Below, one piece after another: positions 36,234 through 46,921 of a stretch of 64,000 nt of DNA. Origin of the DNA: Terriglobales bacterium (GTDB lineage: Bacteria > Acidobacteriota > Terriglobia > Terriglobales > Acidobacteriaceae). The notes beneath the pieces are model-generated. The model was not told the origin of the DNA and searched no databases. It saw only the letters and a list, made by a program, of their open reading frames with translations. The DNA is taken from NCBI GenBank assembly GCA_049521375.1, contig JBEKOW010000001.1, positions 2,850-66,849 of the forward strand, in the 5' to 3' direction. Position numbers and translations under genes: made by a program. Every line of letters starts with the position of its first letter. Within the stretch, counting starts at the first letter, position 1.

Positions 36234-38051
36234 TTGTCGTTCACACTGCCCATTCCCGCGCGCATTCCGCTGCTCTATGTAATCCTCGGCGTGCTGCTGA
36301 CCATCAGCGTCCTGCCTATGTATTTTTACTCGGCGCAGATCGAGACCATGAACCGGGAGCGGCTCAAGACCAACGAAATGCTGTTGCAGAATACCGTCAC
36401 GCGTTCGCTCGCGGACGATATCGCCCAGCATCAGGAAGCCTTGCGGATGATGCTCTCCAACCTGTCGTCATCGGTACAGGTAGAGAGCGGCAATGACCTC
36501 GGAAGCCAGCACATCCAGACACCCGAGCTCCGGGCCTTGCTGGAAAATTTTGTCTCCTCGTCGAACGATATCGCCTATGCCATCTTGCTGAATACGGACG
36601 CTAAGGGAGTTTCCGCCGGACGCATCGAGCCCGACGCATTTCTGCAGCGCGAGCTGGAGCGCGCCTACCAGGCCGCGCGCGGTGGCAAGGCCTACAGTGG
36701 TCAACCCCTGGTCGTGGGCGGCGGAAAGTCGGCCCGGACCGTGATGCTGGTCGGTTCGCCGATTATGTTTAGCGGCCGCTTCCTGGGAATGATTGCCTCG
36801 GTGGTTGACTTGGATTTTCTCATCCGCCGATTGCAGCAAGTCAGCCTGACCGGTCTGATGCCCTATGTGGTCGACCACCAGGGCCGGCTGGTAGCGGCCG
36901 CGACCCCGCAGTACGCAACTGGGCAGGACATGATGCACTTCGACATCGTGCGCAGCTTTGTGGATGCCGGTTCCAAGGCCCAACTGGCGGCGACCCGCGA
37001 ATTCAGCCTGCATGGCGAGCACGCGGTTCAAATGCTGGGAACCTACAGCCCCGTCACTTCGCTGGATTGGGCCGTCGTAGTGCAGAAGCCCCGCGACGAG
37101 GCCTATCGCGGAATATATGAAATGCAGAAGACGGGCCGCCTGCTCGCTCTTCTCGCCGTGTTCGTGAGTGTCGGGCTGAGCATTTTTTCGGCGCGCCGAA
37201 TCACCAGCCCTCTACAAGTGCTGGCCCATTCGAGCCGGGCGATTGCGCGCGGCGATTTCTCGCAACGCGTCCACGTGAACACCCGCACCGAGATTGGCGA
37301 GCTCGCCACGACCTTCAACACCATGTCTGATGACCTCGAGCAGTTCGTCGAGGATCTGAAGCGCGCCGCCGATGAAAACAAGGCCCTGTTCATGGGCTCC
37401 ATTCAGATGCTGGCTGGCGCGGTAGACGAAAAGGATCCGTACACACGCGGCCACTCCGATCGCGTCACGCGGTACTCCCTCCTAATCGCGAAAGAGATGG
37501 GCCTGGACGACGACTTTCTCGAAACCCTGCGCGTCTCGGCGCAACTGCACGACGTGGGCAAGATCGGCATCGAGGATCGCATCCTGAAAAAACCGGGCGC
37601 GCTGACTCCAGAAGAATTCGAGATCATGAAAACGCACACCACCAAGGGTGCAAATATTCTGCGTCCGGTGCCGCAACTGCGTGAGATGCTGCCCGGCATC
37701 GAACTGCATCACGAAGCGCTCAACGGCCGCGGATATCCCTATGGCTTGAAGGGCGACGAAATTCCATTGCTCGCCCGCGTGATTGCCGTGGCTGACACGT
37801 TTGACGCTCTGACCACGAACCGGCCCTACCAGAAGGCATTCGATAACACAGAGACGATTCGTATCATCCAGAATCTCTCCGGGCAGCGACTTGATCCCAA
37901 GGGCGTCGCTGCGCTGCTGGCGCTCTTTCAGCGCGGTGATATTCGTCTCCCAAAACCCGTCGCCGAGACGGCGCCGGCTGATCCTCCCGTAGAAGTTGTG
38001 ACCACGACGCTTCCCGTCGATTCGTTTACCATCCAAACCACCCGCACCTGA
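36234..38051 (+). CDS. Membrane sensor: periplasmic Cache-like domain, HAMP and HD-GYP (c-di-GMP phosphodiesterase family)
   Basis: Two TM segments flank a ~270-aa extracytoplasmic domain, followed by HAMP ('ITSPLQVLAHSSRAIARGDF'). The HD-GYP domain has 'HSDRV', 'LHDVGKI' and 'HHEALNGRGYPYGL'. TTG start. Confidence 0.85.
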   Translation: MSFTLPIPARIPLLYVILGVLLTISVLPMYFYSAQIETMNRERLKTNEMLLQNTVTRSLADDIAQHQEALRMMLSNLSSSVQVESGNDLGSQHIQTPELRALLENFVSSSNDIAYAILLNTDAKGVSAGRIEPDAFLQRELERAYQAARGGKAYSGQPLVVGGGKSARTVMLVGSPIMFSGRFLGMIASVVDLDFLIRRLQQVSLTGLMPYVVDHQGRLVAAATPQYATGQDMMHFDIVRSFVDAGSKAQLAATREFSLHGEHAVQMLGTYSPVTSLDWAVVVQKPRDEAYRGIYEMQKTGRLLALLAVFVSVGLSIFSARRITSPLQVLAHSSRAIARGDFSQRVHVNTRTEIGELATTFNTMSDDLEQFVEDLKRAADENKALFMGSIQMLAGAVDEKDPYTRGHSDRVTRYSLLIAKEMGLDDDFLETLRVSAQLHDVGKIGIEDRILKKPGALTPEEFEIMKTHTTKGANILRPVPQLREMLPGIELHHEALNGRGYPYGLKGDEIPLLARVIAVADTFDALTTNRPYQKAFDNTETIRIIQNLSGQRLDPKGVAALLALFQRGDIRLPKPVAETAPADPPVEVVTTTLPVDSFTIQTTRT

Positions 38052-38135
38052 ATTTGTAATTGGGTAATTTGTAATCTTGTAATTTTGAAAACCCGAGCAA
38101 TCTTGCAACGCGGTTTTCCAAATTACAAATTACCG
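38052..38135. repeat. Palindromic intergenic element with TTTGTAATT-type arms (copy C)
   Basis: ATTTGTAATTGGGTAATTTGTAATCTTGTAATTTTGAAAACCC pairs with GCGGTTTTCCAAATTACAAATTACC. The architecture and words match the copies at 7371 and 7788. Confidence 0.75.
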
Positions 38136-38171
38136 ATTCCTCCCGCTCGATCTCCTATAATCGTTGTCGCG

Positions 38172-39128
38172 ATGATTCAAACCCTTTTCGGTAGCCTGGA
38201 CGAAGAAAAGAAGCCGAGTTTTATTGAGCGCATGAAGGAGGCGGTTTCGCGCACGCGCGAGAATCTGGCCGAGCGCATCGACGAAGTAGTTTCCATTGGC
38301 AAGGAGATCAATCGCTCCACCCTCGACGATCTGGAAGGAACCTTGATCGGCGCTGACCTGGGCACCACCACCACTCACGAAGTGCTCGAAAAGCTGCGTG
38401 ACAAGGCCGACCGCAAGCAGATCAAGGATGTAAACGAACTGAAGCGCCTCCTGAAAGAGGAACTGCTGGCGATGCTGACCGCGACTCCCGCGCGCCCCGT
38501 CGCTCGCGTCGACGGTACCCCTGAAGTGATCCTGGTGGTCGGCGTGAACGGCACCGGCAAAACCACGACCATCGGTAAACTGTCGCAGGTATTTCGCGGA
38601 CAAGGTAAGAGCGTACTGCTGTGCGCGGCTGATACTTTTCGCGCCGCCGCCATCGAGCAGCTTGAAATCTGGGGACAGCGCACGGGCACCGAGGTGATCA
38701 AAACGAAAGCGGGGGGCGATCCATCCGCCGTCCTTTTCGATGCACTCCAGAAGGCGACCGAACGCAAGACCGATTACGTGATCGTCGACACCGCCGGCCG
38801 CCTGCACACCAAGCAGAACCTGATGCAAGAACTCGAAAAGATGAAGCGCACCGCGCAACGCATCGTGCCCGGCGCACCACATGAAGTTCTCCTCGTCATG
38901 GATGCGACCACCGGCCAGAACGGATTGCAGCAGGCGCGCCAGTTCACGCAGTCCGCAGGCGTGACCGGCATAGTGCTGACCAAACTCGACGGCACTGCGA
39001 AAGGCGGCGTGGTGGTGGCGATCTCACGCGAACTCGGTCTGCCAGTCCGCTTCGTAGGCGTGGGCGAGAAGGCGGGAGATTTGTTGCCGTTTGATGCAAA
39101 AGATTTTGTGGACTCGCTATTCGCGTGA
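38172..39128 (+). CDS. ftsY: Signal recognition particle receptor FtsY
   Basis: '[19 protein letters not shown]', '[13 protein letters not shown]', 'DTAGRLH' and '[11 protein letters not shown]' are present. Confidence 0.95.
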   Translation: MIQTLFGSLDEEKKPSFIERMKEAVSRTRENLAERIDEVVSIGKEINRSTLDDLEGTLIGADLGTTTTHEVLEKLRDKADRKQIKDVNELKRLLKEELLAMLTATPARPVARVDGTPEVILVVGVNGTGKTTTIGKLSQVFRGQGKSVLLCAADTFRAAAIEQLEIWGQRTGTEVIKTKAGGDPSAVLFDALQKATERKTDYVIVDTAGRLHTKQNLMQELEKMKRTAQRIVPGAPHEVLLVMDATTGQNGLQQARQFTQSAGVTGIVLTKLDGTAKGGVVVAISRELGLPVRFVGVGEKAGDLLPFDAKDFVDSLFA

Positions 39129-39274
39129 ACGAAAAGTCAGAAGTACGAAATCAAATCGCGGAAGTGAAATGCAAAAATAGAAAAGCAAAGTAGAGAACAA
39201 GAATTGCAGAGCCAGGGTGGAAGTACCGGAAGCAAGGTTTTACTTCTGCAATCTGACTCCTAACTTGCTTCCCC

Positions 39275-40441
39275 ATGTTATCTGACGAACAATTCGTGCA
39301 ACGTGCGCTCGATCTGGCACGTGCTGGCATCGGCCTGGCTTCGCCAAATCCCGCGGTCGGGGCCGTTGTGGTCGATGCATCCGGAAACGAAGCCGGAGCC
39401 GGAACTCACACCTACGACGGCCTAAGACACGCCGAAGTACTCGCCCTCGAGCAAGCCGGGCCACGCGCTCGCGGCGCCACTCTCTACCTCAATCTGGAAC
39501 CGTGTTCGCACCAGGGCCGCACGGGCCCCTGCGCGGATGCCGTGATTGCCTCCGGAATTCAGCGCGTGGTTTGCTCCATGCAGGACCCGAATCCGCAGGT
39601 TGCGGGACGCGGCTTTGCCAAACTGCGGGCCGCCGGAATCCGGGTAGATGTCGGTATGTCCGCGCTCGAAGCGAAGAAATTGAATGAAGGCTTCGCGAAA
39701 TACATCCGGCAACATGTTCCCTTCGTCACGCTCAAAGCGGCGATGACGCTCGATGGAAAAATCGCTCCGCCACCTGCCGCTCTCCAATCCGCCAGCCCGC
39801 AAGTTTCTGCCGAAGTCGCCGCCGGAGGCTCAACCGGTGGCTGGATCACTGGCGAGATCGCCCGCCGCCACGTGCATGTGCTGCGCCACGAACACGACGC
39901 CATCATGGCTGGCGTCGGCACCGTCATTGCGGATGATCCTCTGCTGACCGATCGCAGCGGGCGCGCTCGCCGCCGCCCTCTCCTTCGCGTGATTCTCGAT
40001 TCCTGGTTGCGCCTGCCCGACACATCGCGCCTCGTGAAATCGGCAGGCGGCGACGTGCTCATCTTCTATTCGGAGGCCGATGATAAACGCAAGCAGGAAC
40101 TCGAGCGGCTTGGCCTGCGCGTCGAAAAAGTAACTTCCGCCCAACCCGATGGCCGCCCCGATCTCCACGAAGTCATGCGCCGCCTCGCAAAATACGACGT
40201 CACCAGCGTGCTGATAGAAGGCGGCGCAACCGTCAACTGGAACGCGCTCTCCTCAGGAGTGGTCGACAAATTATTTTTGTTCTACGCCCCGAAGATTCTG
40301 GGTGAAGGCTCGGTGCCGTTCGTGGCCAGCGCCGAGAAAGGCCACACCCATATTTCACTCGCACCCCGCCGGATAAAGCTCCACCAGTTCGGCGAGGATT
40401 TCGCAGTCGAAGGATATTTAAAGGATCCATACCAGGATTAA
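39275..40441 (+). CDS. ribD: Bifunctional riboflavin biosynthesis protein RibD (deaminase/reductase)
   Basis: The deaminase zinc motifs 'HAEVLAL' and 'LEPCSHQGRTGPC' are present, along with the reductase domain 'VTLKAAMTLDGKIA'. Confidence 0.9.
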   Translation: MLSDEQFVQRALDLARAGIGLASPNPAVGAVVVDASGNEAGAGTHTYDGLRHAEVLALEQAGPRARGATLYLNLEPCSHQGRTGPCADAVIASGIQRVVCSMQDPNPQVAGRGFAKLRAAGIRVDVGMSALEAKKLNEGFAKYIRQHVPFVTLKAAMTLDGKIAPPPAALQSASPQVSAEVAAGGSTGGWITGEIARRHVHVLRHEHDAIMAGVGTVIADDPLLTDRSGRARRRPLLRVILDSWLRLPDTSRLVKSAGGDVLIFYSEADDKRKQELERLGLRVEKVTSAQPDGRPDLHEVMRRLAKYDVTSVLIEGGATVNWNALSSGVVDKLFLFYAPKILGEGSVPFVASAEKGHTHISLAPRRIKLHQFGEDFAVEGYLKDPYQD

Positions 40442-40477
40442 TCACGCGCCGTTCCGTAATTCATAACTGGAGGCATC

Positions 40478-41122
40478 ATGTTTACCGGAATTGTCGAAGA
40501 AGTAGGCAAGATCACAACAATCGCGCAGCGCGGTCAAAATCGCCGCATCACCGTGGCGGCGAAGAACACTCCCACGGAGTTGGGCAGCGGCCACAGCGTT
40601 TCCGTCAGCGGCGTTTGCCTGACCGCGCTCGACATTCAGGCAGCTTCCTTTTGCGCCGACCTCGCTCCCGAAACGTGGGAGCGCACCTCGTTCTCGCGCA
40701 TTCACGAGGGCGCGCTCGTCAACCTCGAACTTCCCATGAAGGCTGACGGTCGCTTCGGCGGTCACATCGTCCAGGGACACGTCGATGGCGTCGGCAGGCT
40801 GATCGAACTGGAGCGCATCGCCGATTCGGAGAACTGGTGGCTTCATGTGGAGATCCCATCCGAGATCGAGAAATACACGGTGTTCAAGGGTTCGATCTCG
40901 ATCGAAGGCATCAGTCTCACAGTCGCGAAGCTGGAGAACAACCGCTGCACGATCGCAATCATTCCGCACACGGTCGAGATGACGAACCTCGGTTCGCTCA
41001 AGCCCGGCGATCCCGTCAACCTCGAAGCCGACCTCCTTGCGAAATACGTCGAGAAGATGATGAAAGGTGAGCCCGCCCGATCTTCCCTGACCGTGGAAGA
41101 TCTGGTGCGTCAGGGCTTCTAG
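40478..41122 (+). CDS. ribE: Riboflavin synthase (alpha chain)
   Basis: 'MFTGIVEEVGKI' starts the protein, and the duplicated lumazine-binding repeats 'SVSVSGVCLT' and 'SISIEGISLTV' are present. Confidence 0.9.
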   Translation: MFTGIVEEVGKITTIAQRGQNRRITVAAKNTPTELGSGHSVSVSGVCLTALDIQAASFCADLAPETWERTSFSRIHEGALVNLELPMKADGRFGGHIVQGHVDGVGRLIELERIADSENWWLHVEIPSEIEKYTVFKGSISIEGISLTVAKLENNRCTIAIIPHTVEMTNLGSLKPGDPVNLEADLLAKYVEKMMKGEPARSSLTVEDLVRQGF

Positions 41123-41220
41123 CAGGCCGTAAACCTCGGTCCTGCGTGCGGCCCAAGGGCGGCGCGGATTTTAGCCGGCCCGTCTCGCTCTTTGAAACCC
41201 GCTCCGAACTCATCCTTGGC

Positions 41221-41254
41221 GGAGTCGAAGGATCCCTACTCGTCCACGATCGCC
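41221..41254 (+). repeat. Dispersed intergenic repeat, GTCGAAGGATCCCT family (copy 2, 3' half only)
   Basis: GGAGTCGAAGGATCCCTACTCGTCCACGATCGCC matches the 3' part of the copy at 30545, including the CCACGATCGC tail. Confidence 0.7.
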
Positions 41255-41312
41255 TTAACTTAGCGGTCGTCCTTCCAACAAGACCAAGTTTCCCGGCTCC
41301 GTTCTTGACCGC

Positions 41313-42626
41313 TCACTTCGTCGGCAACAAATACCGCAGCACCCCCACCTCCGCCGCAATCCCGGTTCGTAGCGATGGTTCCACGTCGGGCATGAAGAAC
41401 GGCGAGTGATTCGACGGCAGCGTCGTTCCCGACTTGTGAGCCTCGGCGAATTTTTCAGGATCGGCGCCTCCCAGGCTGAAGTAGAGCGAGGGAATACCCA
41501 GCTCGACAAAATATGAATAATCCTCGGATGGCGTAATGGGCTCCTCGTTGATCACGTTCTCTTTGCCCACAGCGGCCTCCAGCGGCACGCGCAACCGCTT
41601 GGCCAGCGTCGGATCGTTGTAGACGGCGTCCGTAAATTCGTATCGCTCGATCAGTGGCTCGCGCGTTGCGCCGCCCGCCATCGCTTCTCCTTTAACAATG
41701 CGTTCGATAGCGGCCAGAACCTGCTTGCGCACATCGGCCTTGAAAGTGCGCACCGTCAGCCCCATCTCAGCCTGGTCGGGAATGATGTTGTTTTTCGTTC
41801 CCGCCCGAATATATCCGACCGTGATCACCGCCAGCTCTCCCGGCTTCACTTCGCGTGAGTCGATGGTCTGCAACGCGACGATCGTCCTGGCGGCAATCAC
41901 AATCGGATCGATCGTCGTATTGGGCGCCGCTCCATGTCCGCCTTTGCCGTAGATCGTCACCCGCAGGGAATCGGCATTGGTGTTGTAAATCCCCGGAGCG
42001 ATCCCAACTTGTCCCGCGGGAAGCTCGTTGCCAACGTGCAGCGCAATGCCTACGTCTGGCTTGGGGAAGCGCGTCGAGAAGCCGTCGGCGATCATGGCTT
42101 TCGCACCCGAGATCGTCTCTTCCGCCGGTTGTCCAATCAGCATTAGCGTCCCGCGCCACGTGTCCTTGCTGCGCGCCATGATGCCAGCCGTGGCCACCAG
42201 TGCTGACATATGGATGTCGTGTCCGCAGGCATGCATGACCGGCACATCACGCCCCGCATCATCCTTGGTGTGGACCTTGCTCGCATACGGCAGCCCGGTT
42301 TTTTCCTCGACCGGAAGCGCGTCCAACTCGGTCCTCAGCATCACGGTCGGCCCGCTCCCATTTCTAAGGATGGCTACAATCCCCGTGCCCCCCACATGTT
42401 CCGTAACTTCGTAGCCCAGGCTGCGCAGCCGCTCCCCGATCTTGGCCGCGGTTTGCGTTTCGTGCGAAGAGAGTTCCGGATGCTCATGCAGATCGAGATA
42501 AAGCTCGTGTGCTGCGGGATAAGCACCATCGACTTCCTTGGAGTGCGAAGCGCCCTGAGCGAACGCGCAGCCCGATGTGGCCCAGAACCAGAAGAGGAGC
42601 GGCAGAAGTAATTTCAATTTTGTCAT
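41313..42626 (-). CDS. M20-family amidohydrolase (hippurate-hydrolase/aminoacylase-like), secreted
   Basis: A signal peptide follows the ATG at 42624-42626. 'MHACGHDIH', 'GQPAEE' and 'GKGGHGAAP' are typical M20D blocks. Confidence 0.8.
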   Translation of the reverse strand: MTKLKLLLPLLFWFWATSGCAFAQGASHSKEVDGAYPAAHELYLDLHEHPELSSHETQTAAKIGERLRSLGYEVTEHVGGTGIVAILRNGSGPTVMLRTELDALPVEEKTGLPYASKVHTKDDAGRDVPVMHACGHDIHMSALVATAGIMARSKDTWRGTLMLIGQPAEETISGAKAMIADGFSTRFPKPDVGIALHVGNELPAGQVGIAPGIYNTNADSLRVTIYGKGGHGAAPNTTIDPIVIAARTIVALQTIDSREVKPGELAVITVGYIRAGTKNNIIPDQAEMGLTVRTFKADVRKQVLAAIERIVKGEAMAGGATREPLIERYEFTDAVYNDPTLAKRLRVPLEAAVGKENVINEEPITPSEDYSYFVELGIPSLYFSLGGADPEKFAEAHKSGTTLPSNHSPFFMPDVEPSLRTGIAAEVGVLRYLLPTK

Positions 42627-42986
42627 GTGCCGGGATAATATCTGGGTCCGGCTCGGTTCGGCAAACCACACTGGGGAATACCGCCAATCGGAGTAGCCCA
42701 TCCGCAGGAAATGCCAGGATTTTGAGCCTTTTCACTTCAAATCTCTTCATCCGCCGCAATCGCCGATTGACAGACGCCGCTCAACGGCGTAGTTATGAAT
42801 GCACTCTGTACTGGCGGTGTTCGGTTGTTACTTCGCCGCGGCGTGGGCTGTCCTTCGGGCCGTCCCGCGCGGCTTTTGACCCGTACCAACCGCGCACCCG
42901 CGACGCCACGGCTAATTTGACAACAATTCGGTTGGACTCGCAGCGTTGGCCAGTCACATTGACCTTTCTTCCAGGAGATGTAACTT

Positions 42987-45080
42987 ATGTCCCCAGACAC
43001 ACGTAAGAACTTCCTCGCTGCGCTGCTTTTCGGCCTGGTAATCTCGCTGATCGCGATTCCGGCCTTTTCACAGGCGGCGAATCATGGCCGCGCCGTTTCC
43101 AACGCCCAGGTGCTGGGCGCGGAAGAGCCCTCCAAACTGATCAACGTCACCTTCTGGCTCAACCAGCACAACAAATCAACATTGGATGAAATGGTTCGCC
43201 AGATGTACGACAAGAATTCACCCAGCTACCATCACTGGCTCACGCCTCAGGAATACCAGAATCGGTTTGCTCCCAGCGCGGCCGATATGGCCGTCGTCAA
43301 GCAGCACTTGGCGGCGAATAATTTGAGCGTCGTGTACGTTGACAAGCTCAACCATGCCGTCACCGCCCGCGGCACCGTAGCGGACGTCGAACGCGCCACC
43401 GGCGTGCAGATCAACCGCGTCCTGATCAACGGCGAAACGCATCGCATGCCCAGCAGGGAAGCGGTCATCCCCGGCCCAGCCGGCAAACTTGTGTATGCCG
43501 TACAAGGCCTCGCCGATACCACTTTCAAGAGCCATGCGAAGCGCGCTCTCGATCCCGAGACAGGCAAACCCGTCGCCTCCTTCCCGCTGTCCCAGGTAAG
43601 TAAGCAAGTCGGACCGGCTCAGCAGTACTTCAATGCCAACTGCCTCGGCCAGACCGTGTCGCGGACCTTCGAAACCGGTGGCGGTGGCCCTTATGCCGTC
43701 TACAAAGGCACTCGCTACGGCGGTCCCATCTCCGCAGGTCCTCCCAACCTTCCGCCTTGCGGCTATGACGCACCGCAGTTGGAGAAGGCTTACGGACTTC
43801 CCGCACTCTATTCGCAGAAGCTCGATGGCACCGGCCAGACCGTTGTTATCGTCGACGCCTACGGCTCCGACTCGATCCTAAGCGACGCCAACATCTTTTC
43901 TGAGATCAATGGCTTGCCGGCGCTTACCTCCAGCAACTTCGCCATCTACTATCCGGGTGGCCCTACGAATTGCGGAGGCAATACCTGCGGCTGGGACGTG
44001 GAAACCAGTCTCGATGTAGAGTGGTCCCACTCCGTTGCCCCTGGCGCCAACATTGCCCTCGTTCTGGGGCTCACTAACAACAGCGGTGACCTTGACATTG
44101 CGGTGCTCTATGCCCTCGAGGACGGCCCCGACGGCTATCCCTTGGGTCCGGTGATTTCCAACAGCTACGGCATTGAAGAGGCTTATCTCGCGACCTACGA
44201 TCCGGGCGAACTCCTTATTGAGAATGCTATCAATGAGACGGGTGCTGCGTTCGGCGTCTCGGTCAATTTCTCCAGTGGCGACGATGGCGACTTCTCCTAC
44301 GCCTACGGTGCAACCACCGTCTCTATGCCGGGATCTTCCCCTTATGCGACCAGCGTCGGAGGAACCAGCGTGTTTCTCAATGCTGACCGTTCCATCAAGT
44401 TGCAGACTGGTTGGGGCAACAACCTGACCCGCATCGCCGGCTATGCTACTTCCGGCGATTCTGGCCAGCCGCCCGTAATCCCGCCGGCTTCTATCGGCTT
44501 CTATGCCGGCGCCGGCGGCGGCACCAGCGCCTCATTCGCCAAGCCATCTTTTCAGAGCAGCTTGCCCGGCAACTGGCGTCTCGTCCCTGACATTGCATTC
44601 GTCGCTGATCCCTACACCGGCGTCGAGTTCATTGACACAGAAGGCGGAGAGACCTTCATTGGAGTCGTTGGCGGCACCAGCCTCGCTTGCCCCATGTTCT
44701 CTGGAATGTGGGCGATTACAGCTCAGGCTGCCGGCACCTGGCCCGGACAGGCTTCCGCGCTTCTTTACGGGCTGCCTGCCGGGGCCATCACCGACGTCAC
44801 AAACGTCGATGGACCCAGCAATGTCACCGGCGTCATCTACGACCGGCCAAATCCGCCCACCGTGGAAACAGCAGACGATTTGTCGGCCCCTTTGGAAAAC
44901 ACAACTGATTTTGTCAGTATGCTGTACAACGGAACCTCGACCCGCTGGTACGTCCTCTCCTTCGGCACCGACACGTCTTTGACGACCGGCCCCGGCTGGG
45001 ATAATGTCACGGGACTCGGCACGCCCAACGGCGCAAGCTTCGTTTCCGCTGTTGTCAGCGCGGGTACCACAGCCAAGTAA
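42987..45080 (+). CDS. S53 (sedolisin/kumamolisin-type) serine-carboxyl peptidase with pro-domain
   Basis: A signal peptide is followed by a pro-kumamolisin-like activation domain. Blocks 'ETSLDVEWSH', 'FSSGDDGD' and 'VGGTSLACPMFSG' carry the catalytic residues (Ser in GTS). Confidence 0.8.
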   Translation: MSPDTRKNFLAALLFGLVISLIAIPAFSQAANHGRAVSNAQVLGAEEPSKLINVTFWLNQHNKSTLDEMVRQMYDKNSPSYHHWLTPQEYQNRFAPSAADMAVVKQHLAANNLSVVYVDKLNHAVTARGTVADVERATGVQINRVLINGETHRMPSREAVIPGPAGKLVYAVQGLADTTFKSHAKRALDPETGKPVASFPLSQVSKQVGPAQQYFNANCLGQTVSRTFETGGGGPYAVYKGTRYGGPISAGPPNLPPCGYDAPQLEKAYGLPALYSQKLDGTGQTVVIVDAYGSDSILSDANIFSEINGLPALTSSNFAIYYPGGPTNCGGNTCGWDVETSLDVEWSHSVAPGANIALVLGLTNNSGDLDIAVLYALEDGPDGYPLGPVISNSYGIEEAYLATYDPGELLIENAINETGAAFGVSVNFSSGDDGDFSYAYGATTVSMPGSSPYATSVGGTSVFLNADRSIKLQTGWGNNLTRIAGYATSGDSGQPPVIPPASIGFYAGAGGGTSASFAKPSFQSSLPGNWRLVPDIAFVADPYTGVEFIDTEGGETFIGVVGGTSLACPMFSGMWAITAQAAGTWPGQASALLYGLPAGAITDVTNVDGPSNVTGVIYDRPNPPTVETADDLSAPLENTTDFVSMLYNGTSTRWYVLSFGTDTSLTTGPGWDNVTGLGTPNGASFVSAVVSAGTTAK

Positions 45081-45106
45081 CGTAAGCATAACGAAACAGT
45101 AAACAG

Positions 45107-45137
45107 GGCAGGCTGGAGAATTCCAGCCTGCCTTTTC
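45107..45137 (+). terminator. Rho-independent terminator after the S53 peptidase gene
   Basis: GGCAGGCTGGagaattCCAGCCTGCC is followed by TTTT. Confidence 0.7.
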
Positions 45138-45399
45138 CACATACGGGTAAACATGACCCTGGTAACGCCACCCCGCCCCATCTTCTGCTATACTCGTATT
45201 AACGCTTTTGCTACGGTTTGCTCGTTAAGCGGGGATCCTGTTGGATCCGCATCACCTCCGCATTTCCTGCCCGCCTGGTTCCAGCGCCAATTTGAATGCG
45301 AGCGGCATTGAACTCTCGACATCTCTGTCTGAACGAACTCTGCGTGAGAAAAGTGTGTCTGAGACCTGATATTGGCCCCTCCAGAAAGAAATACAAAGA

Positions 45400-46596
45400 A
45401 TGAATACCTTTAGTGAACTGCCCCTGTCTGCTGTTTTGCAGCAGAAGCTGGCGGCAGCCGATTTTGTTACACCCACCCCCGTCCAGGCTCTGGCAATTCC
45501 TCCAGCCCTCGCCGGCAAAGACGTTTTAGGCACTGCCCAGACGGGAACCGGCAAGACGCTGGCTTTCCTGATTCCGATTATCGAAATGCTCCGCCGCGAG
45601 CAGTCGCCCCACATCAGCGCGCTGATACTGTTGCCGACCCGCGAACTCGCCATGCAGGTGCATGAGCAGTACAAGCAACTCGCCGGCAAGAACATGCCCA
45701 AGGCCGCGCTTGTCATCGGCGGCGTCTCCGAAAAAGCCCAGATCGACAGTCTGCGCGCCGGCTCGGAATTCGTAATCGCGACCCCCGGTCGCCTTCAGGA
45801 TTTCATCACCCGCAAATTTGCCAACCTTCGCCACGTCAAGATTCTTGTCCTCGACGAAGCCGACCGCATGCTCGACATGGGGTTTCTGCCTTCGATCCGC
45901 CGCATTTTGCAGGTCGTGCCCGAGCAGCGCCAGACGCTCTGTTTCTCAGCCACCCTTGAACAGTCGGTAGCCGCGCTAGTGCACGACTACATGCGCGATC
46001 CGGTCCGAGTTGCGCTGGGTTCCATCCTCAAGCCCGCCGAAAGCGTTCGCCTGGAAGCCTACGAAGTTCGACCCACCGAAAAACTGGAAGTCCTCCGCCA
46101 GTTGCTCTATGCCGAGAAGGGACAGACTCTGGTTTTTGCCCGCACCAAGCGCGGCACTCAGAGGCTGGCCCGCGATCTCGAACGCGACGGCTTCTCGGTG
46201 GCCATGATTCACGGCGACCGTACCCAATCGCAGCGCAACAGCGCGCTCAGCGGATTTCAGGAAGGCCGCTACCAGGTTCTGGTCGCAACCGACGTCGCTT
46301 CCCGCGGACTGCACGTTGACGACGTGGCCCACGTCATCAACTACGACCTGCCCAAGATGGCCGAAGACTTCATTCACCGCGTTGGCAGAACCGGACGCGC
46401 CGGACTGCAGGGAAGGGCTTCAACGCTCGTTACCGGCGTGGAGGTTCTGGACCTCCGAAACATCGAGCGCACCCTGAAGCTGCGCATCGAACGCAAGCAG
46501 TTGAATGGATCGACTGAAGACCGGCCTCGACGGGCCATTCAGAACACCCTCGCATCACGGACTCTGACCCGCTTGCCCGGCGAAGTCTTCGTATAG
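45400..46596 (+). CDS. DEAD-box ATP-dependent RNA helicase (RhlE-like)
   Basis: The Q motif, 'AQTGTGKT', 'PTRELA', 'DEAD' (VLDEADRM), 'SAT' and 'HRVGRTGRAG' are all present. Confidence 0.9.
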   Translation: MNTFSELPLSAVLQQKLAAADFVTPTPVQALAIPPALAGKDVLGTAQTGTGKTLAFLIPIIEMLRREQSPHISALILLPTRELAMQVHEQYKQLAGKNMPKAALVIGGVSEKAQIDSLRAGSEFVIATPGRLQDFITRKFANLRHVKILVLDEADRMLDMGFLPSIRRILQVVPEQRQTLCFSATLEQSVAALVHDYMRDPVRVALGSILKPAESVRLEAYEVRPTEKLEVLRQLLYAEKGQTLVFARTKRGTQRLARDLERDGFSVAMIHGDRTQSQRNSALSGFQEGRYQVLVATDVASRGLHVDDVAHVINYDLPKMAEDFIHRVGRTGRAGLQGRASTLVTGVEVLDLRNIERTLKLRIERKQLNGSTEDRPRRAIQNTLASRTLTRLPGEVFV

Positions 46597-46622
46597 CGGA
46601 ACTTTTGTTGGCGGGAAATTAC

Positions 46623-46657
46623 GATGGCCGGGATCATTGATCCCGGCCATCGCTTTT
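46623..46657. terminator. Hairpin terminator between the helicase and a convergent small ORF
   Basis: GATGGCCGGGATCattGATCCCGGCCATC is followed by GCTTTT. Confidence 0.6.
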
Positions 46658-46684
46658 CAGGAATACCCGACCTTCGAAAATCGC

Positions 46685-46921
46685 TTACTTGCCGTGCGGA
46701 GCTACCTCTGGCAAATCCGGTTCGTCCTCCGCTCCGATACGGAACAACGCTGCCTGGGCCTCCGCGAGTTCCCGCATTTCGCGTTCCTCATCCAGTTCGG
46801 TCGTACTTCCTTCCGGACGATCCTGCTTACGCTGTGTCTTACGCTCGTTCTTGTCGCGCTGTTTTTGTTGCCGGGCTTGTTCCTTCTGGCGCTTGGTAAA
46901 TGTTGATCGGCCTCTAGGCAT
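46685..46921 (-). CDS. Hypothetical small, highly charged protein (78 aa)
   Basis: The N-terminal half is rich in Lys, Arg and Gln ('RQKEQARQQKQRDKNERKTQRKQ') and the C-terminal half is acidic. The composition is coherent, but no family was recognised. Confidence 0.4.
   Translation of the reverse strand: MPRGRSTFTKRQKEQARQQKQRDKNERKTQRKQDRPEGSTTELDEEREMRELAEAQAALFRIGAEDEPDLPEVAPHGK

Noticed and set aside
39129-39274. Possible FMN (RFN) riboswitch upstream of ribD
   Set aside because: There is only a faint resemblance (CAGGGTGGAAGTACC versus the RFN CAGGGTGAAATTCCC core). The remaining conserved RFN helices and the second GGTG..TTCC half are absent, and the spacer is too short. It looks like a word-repeat hairpin instead.
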